The notes under the pieces are model-generated. The model was not told the origin of the DNA and made no database searches. It saw only the letters and a program-made list of their open reading frames with translations. This document shows positions 63,784 to 64,000 of a stretch of 64,000 nucleotides of DNA, in pieces. Made by a program: the position numbers and the translations under genes. Every line of letters starts with the position of its first letter. Position 1 is the first letter of the stretch. Source of the stretch: Psilocybe cubensis (lineage: Eukaryota); NCBI GenBank assembly GCA_017499595.2, contig CM039000.1, positions 2,666,001-2,730,000 on the forward strand, read 5' to 3'.

Positions 63784-64000
63784 TGGACTGGAGAGAAAAG
63801 CAGAGAGATAGAAATGTAATAAAGATAAGGCGGAAGATTGACGCAAGGCTGATTAATCGATAGAGGATTAGTTTAGCGGTAAGAGCACGGGCCAACAATG
63901 TATACAGTCAGCAGAGCCATATGAGCATCTCCAGCAAGGCCGACTGCAACCTCGGGACGGACGATTTTTTTGAAGACAAGATCTGGCCCTCTTGCTCATC

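Noticed and set aside
1..64000. tRNA, rRNA, CRISPR arrays, LTR/RT or transposase genes, telomeric repeats
   Set aside because: No such signatures seen by eye on either strand; small ncRNAs cannot be excluded without tRNAscan-SE or Infernal.

Overview
Gene-dense, intron-rich eukaryotic DNA from a basidiomycete fungus, probably Agaricomycete-type. This is inferred from ~50-60 nt GT-AG introns with CTRAC-like branch points, a DUF6699-like gene and a modular alpha-1,3-glucan synthase. About 25 protein-coding genes were reconstructed by joining ORF fragments across introns by eye. In order: LCP5/neuroguidin (5'-truncated), a small 4-TM protein, alpha-1,3-glucan synthase, STE11 MAPKKK, TRM1, a SAP-domain protein, an uncharacterised micro-exon-rich gene, CMR1, CSM3, PRI2, CHO1, NSE1, an Msp1-like AAA ATPase, PIS1, an Sso syntaxin, a DUF6699-like protein, asparagine synthetase, a RhoGEF, a METTL21-like methyltransferase, an EF-hand protein, PRP28, a HAL-family kinase, YOS9, an AT-hook protein and kynurenine 3-monooxygenase. 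I found no RNA genes, CRISPR arrays, intact transposons or secondary-metabolite backbone genes, and no convincing wholly new multi-gene system; this is mostly housekeeping sequence. The best leads are a likely CUG-initiated mitochondrial extension of Trm1, a tight genome-maintenance gene group with MCB-like boxes, a divergent 'KPVIYL'-type protein with a 9-nt micro-exon, RlmA-like sites between ags1 and STE11, a HAL kinase split by a ~290-aa insert, three GC-AG introns and a methyltransferase with no in-frame ATG. CDS coordinates are gene spans including introns. Family assignments are from motif recognition, not database searches.
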